A DNA stretch of 63,989 bases, filler included, from Hausera hauseri (taxonomy: Eukaryota), in assembly GCA_046269625.1 (NCBI GenBank). It is 12 parts of 12 records of this genome, joined end to end, with 100 filler letters (N's around TTAATTAATTAA, not from the genome) between each part and the next. Parts side by side here need not be neighbours in the genome. Positions count along the whole stretch, not along the records: positions 60,044 to 63,989 come from JBJURY010867184.1; 11 more parts are not named here. The stretch is one strand, 5' to 3'. The notes below the pieces were generated by a model, which was not told the DNA's origin, did not search any database, and was given only the letters and a program-made list of their open reading frames with translations. A program made the translations under genes and the position numbers. Positions 61,666 to 63,989 of the stretch are shown piece by piece. Each line of letters starts with the position of its first letter. Position 1 is the stretch's first letter.

Positions 61666-61749
61666 ATAAAATCGGCTGTGTCTCACCTTTTCTTCGTCGC
61701 AGTACTATGAATTAATTTATTACTACTATTACTATTATACTTAATTCAC

Positions 61750-62101
61750 ATTTAGCTCCAACAAGCTCATTCACTACGGAAAACTGCTCTTGGGCGTGAA
61801 AGTTCGTGACGTGTTTCCACTGGACTGTGTGCCGCGTGATCTGCGACAAACCGGCGGCTTTATTGTCAATATACACACTTCATCGTTGCCGGACGAACAT
61901 TAAATTGCTGTGTACATCCACCATCCGACCCTCGTCGTCAGAGTATTCGATCCGCTCGGATATTACTATCCGTCATCGTTAGTTTCTCAAATTGAACTGC
62001 AATTATTATCATCATACCGTGTTGAATATAATCGAGTTCATTATCATCATCCAATGACTACACTGTGTGGACATTACCGCTTATTGTGGCTTACATTATA
62101 A
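61750..62101 (+). pseudogene. Adenain-like cysteine protease
   Basis: VFPLD...FIVNIHTSSLPDEH*IAVY...VFDPLG...TTLCGHY carries the H, D and C catalytic positions. Confidence 0.82.
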
Positions 62102-62300
62102 TCACTTTTGTGAAATATGTGTATTATTTTATTGCTGTTGTTTTTCTGAACAAATCACGAGAAGCAATATAATATGTGTTACTTTTCATCACAATCATTC
62201 CCCTTGTGAGTTGTGAGTAGTAGTAGTAGTAGTACTCAACCATGAGCTCGTCGTCGTCGTCGCCGTCGTACACGACTATTTACAAAACAAAACGAAACGA

Positions 62301-62894
62301 GATTTTGACTTTTTAACAATGCGTTTTTTCTTTTGTTCGTTCGTTCGTTGCATTTTCCACCCCGATAGATTGGTCTAATCGTGAGGCGGCTATAATATAA
62401 AATGCTCAACTGCTGATGGGCTACGTGCTCAACCCATTTCCACACCCAGTAGACTTGAACAGTGGGAAATTTTTACCCTTTCAAATGTTCCCATTAATAT
62501 TTCCTCATGTTTCCATCGTCAGACTGAGTTGAAATTGTGTGCATTCGACTCACCGACATTCATTTGACATTGGCACCAAACATTGCGAAATTCGTAACTC
62601 GTGTTTCGTTCCTCGTAAAACATTTCTCGTTTTGCGTCTTTTGCTTCTTGCGCCGGCCCATAAAATTTTCGACTCTCGCCGCGCTAGAAAATTTTGATCC
62701 ACTCATCGAGCTCTACCGATTTCCATAGGTGATATTTGCGACACATGACATGTGCTTCCAGCTGAGGGGGGGGGGCGGTTTCCGAGCACAAAACACCAAA
62801 TGATCAGAATTGTGAGATAGGTGGGGAAAACTTGATCCCAGGTCGATCTGAGCACTTTTTGGGAAGTTGACTAAAACCCTCACTTCTACCTACT
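62301..62894 (-). repeat. About 590-bp Polinton-type terminal repeat unit 1
   Basis: Begins GATTTTGACTT on the plus strand, ends CACTTCTACCTACT. First 200+ bp are homologous to unit 2. Confidence 0.62.
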
Positions 62895-62906
62895 TTTTAA
62901 CAATAT

Positions 62907-63497
62907 GATTTTGACTTAGACTTTTAACAATGCGTTTTTTCGGTTTGTTTGTTCGTTCGGTTGCTATTTTCACCTGGATCCTTTCGTCTGATCGTGAGGC
63001 GGCTATAATATTGAGCAATATAAATTGCTCTACTACTGATGGGCTATGTGCTCAACCCATTTCCATCGACGTTTGACTTGTGTAAGGAGAAATTTTCCCC
63101 CTTTAAATTTTTCCATCGATTTTTCCCAATGTTCCCATAGTTTGACCGAGATACAACAGTGTCTATTGCAATCGTCAATATAGATTTACCCCTTGTACAC
63201 ATTTTGTCAGTGCTATCAACATGCTTCGCGTTACACGTAGATCATTTACTGATTTGCTTCTTCCTTCTCTAGCGCCTTTCCCTTACACTTTTTGTATACC
63301 ACATCTATATTAACTTTTGCTCAACTTGTCACGGGCTATCGACACCACCTGGTCCCAAGTCCACTGCTTGACATCCTTTCCGGCCAGGGGGTTCGTGAGA
63401 AAATTTTAGTGAAATACTGAAAATAGCCAATCAGGTGGGGAAAACCAGTCGGCTGGCCAATCAGAGAAGTGTGGCAGATCACTCACTTCTACCTACT
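62907..63497 (-). repeat. About 590-bp Polinton-type terminal repeat unit 2
   Basis: Same ends as unit 1. The distal 400 bp match 29065-29470 inverted. Confidence 0.65.
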
Positions 63498-63989
63498 ATC
63501 TATCAATTAATGATACTTCTGTTCTTGGATTCAATGTTAAAGCAGGAACCTGTAATTCTAAATTTGTTAATTTCAGCTTTGCTTCTGCTGTATTATCCTC
63601 TCCATAAAATATTAACTTATCATATATTTGTCTGGTTAGACTTAATTCAATATGTGTTATGATTATTTTTTGCTATAGTTTTGCAAAATCTAAATAAATG
63701 TTTTAATTCAAAAAAATCAGTGAATTTTTTCGCTGTATTGTACAGATTTTTCCTTTTTTGATATCCGCTATTTTTAAATGCACCAGTAACTTTGTTATCT
63801 GCTGCAACTTGTGTGAACAAACATTTCGTATCATCAGGAATTTCTCCAGTTATTTCACCATATTCCTTTTTATATGCTTCATCTATTAATATAAAGTTCA
63901 ACATACTTGAATATATTCCAGGATTACTAATATTTTCCACCTCATATAAAGCAATTCTTAATTTCATATTTGAAATAGGTTTTGGAAAA
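63498..63989 (-). pseudogene. Second, divergent Polinton-type major capsid protein fragment
   Basis: EVENISNPGIYSSML...NSGYQKRK...LKHLFRFC, then after a frameshift IELSLTR...KLKLTNLELQVPALTLNP. Cut by the repeat terminus at 63497. Confidence 0.6.

Noticed and set aside
62410-62445. CTGATG as a hammerhead core
   Set aside because: The CTGANGA and correctly placed GAAA with flanking stems are missing.

Overview
This is not one locus. It is 12 short, AT-rich eukaryotic contigs (about 4-8 kb each) joined by an artificial 100-nt spacer (N44-TTAATTAATTAA-N44), so gene order across spacers means nothing. The host looks like a ciliated metazoan (axonemal dynein, RECQL5, UFL1, RAD1, ACC, one 50-nt intron); the species cannot be identified from sequence alone. 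Most of the content is decayed mobile DNA. (i) Polinton/Maverick (adintovirus-like) pieces: pPolB, integrase, two kinds of major capsid protein, a core protein, a cysteine protease and AGTAG-type termini. (ii) Four partial copies of a CsRn1-like Ty3/Gypsy family. (iii) A second Gypsy family carrying a chuvirus/gB-like glycoprotein. (iv) A non-LTR RT, a Tc1/IS630 transposase, a SINE-like insert and a 4-kb (TTCG)n array. The best candidate for an undescribed system is the CsRn1-like family. Both available 5' ends encode a ubiquitin-like domain ending in GG fused to the N-terminus of Gag. A complement of the polypurine tract sits where the tRNA primer-binding site should be. The flanks are co-oriented mosaics of host-gene fragments joined in frame and reading into Ubl-Gag. 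The second candidate is a Gypsy element with the fusion glycoprotein upstream of, and in frame with, the protease. All homology calls come from motif recognition by eye, with no database searches, and pseudogene boundaries are approximate.
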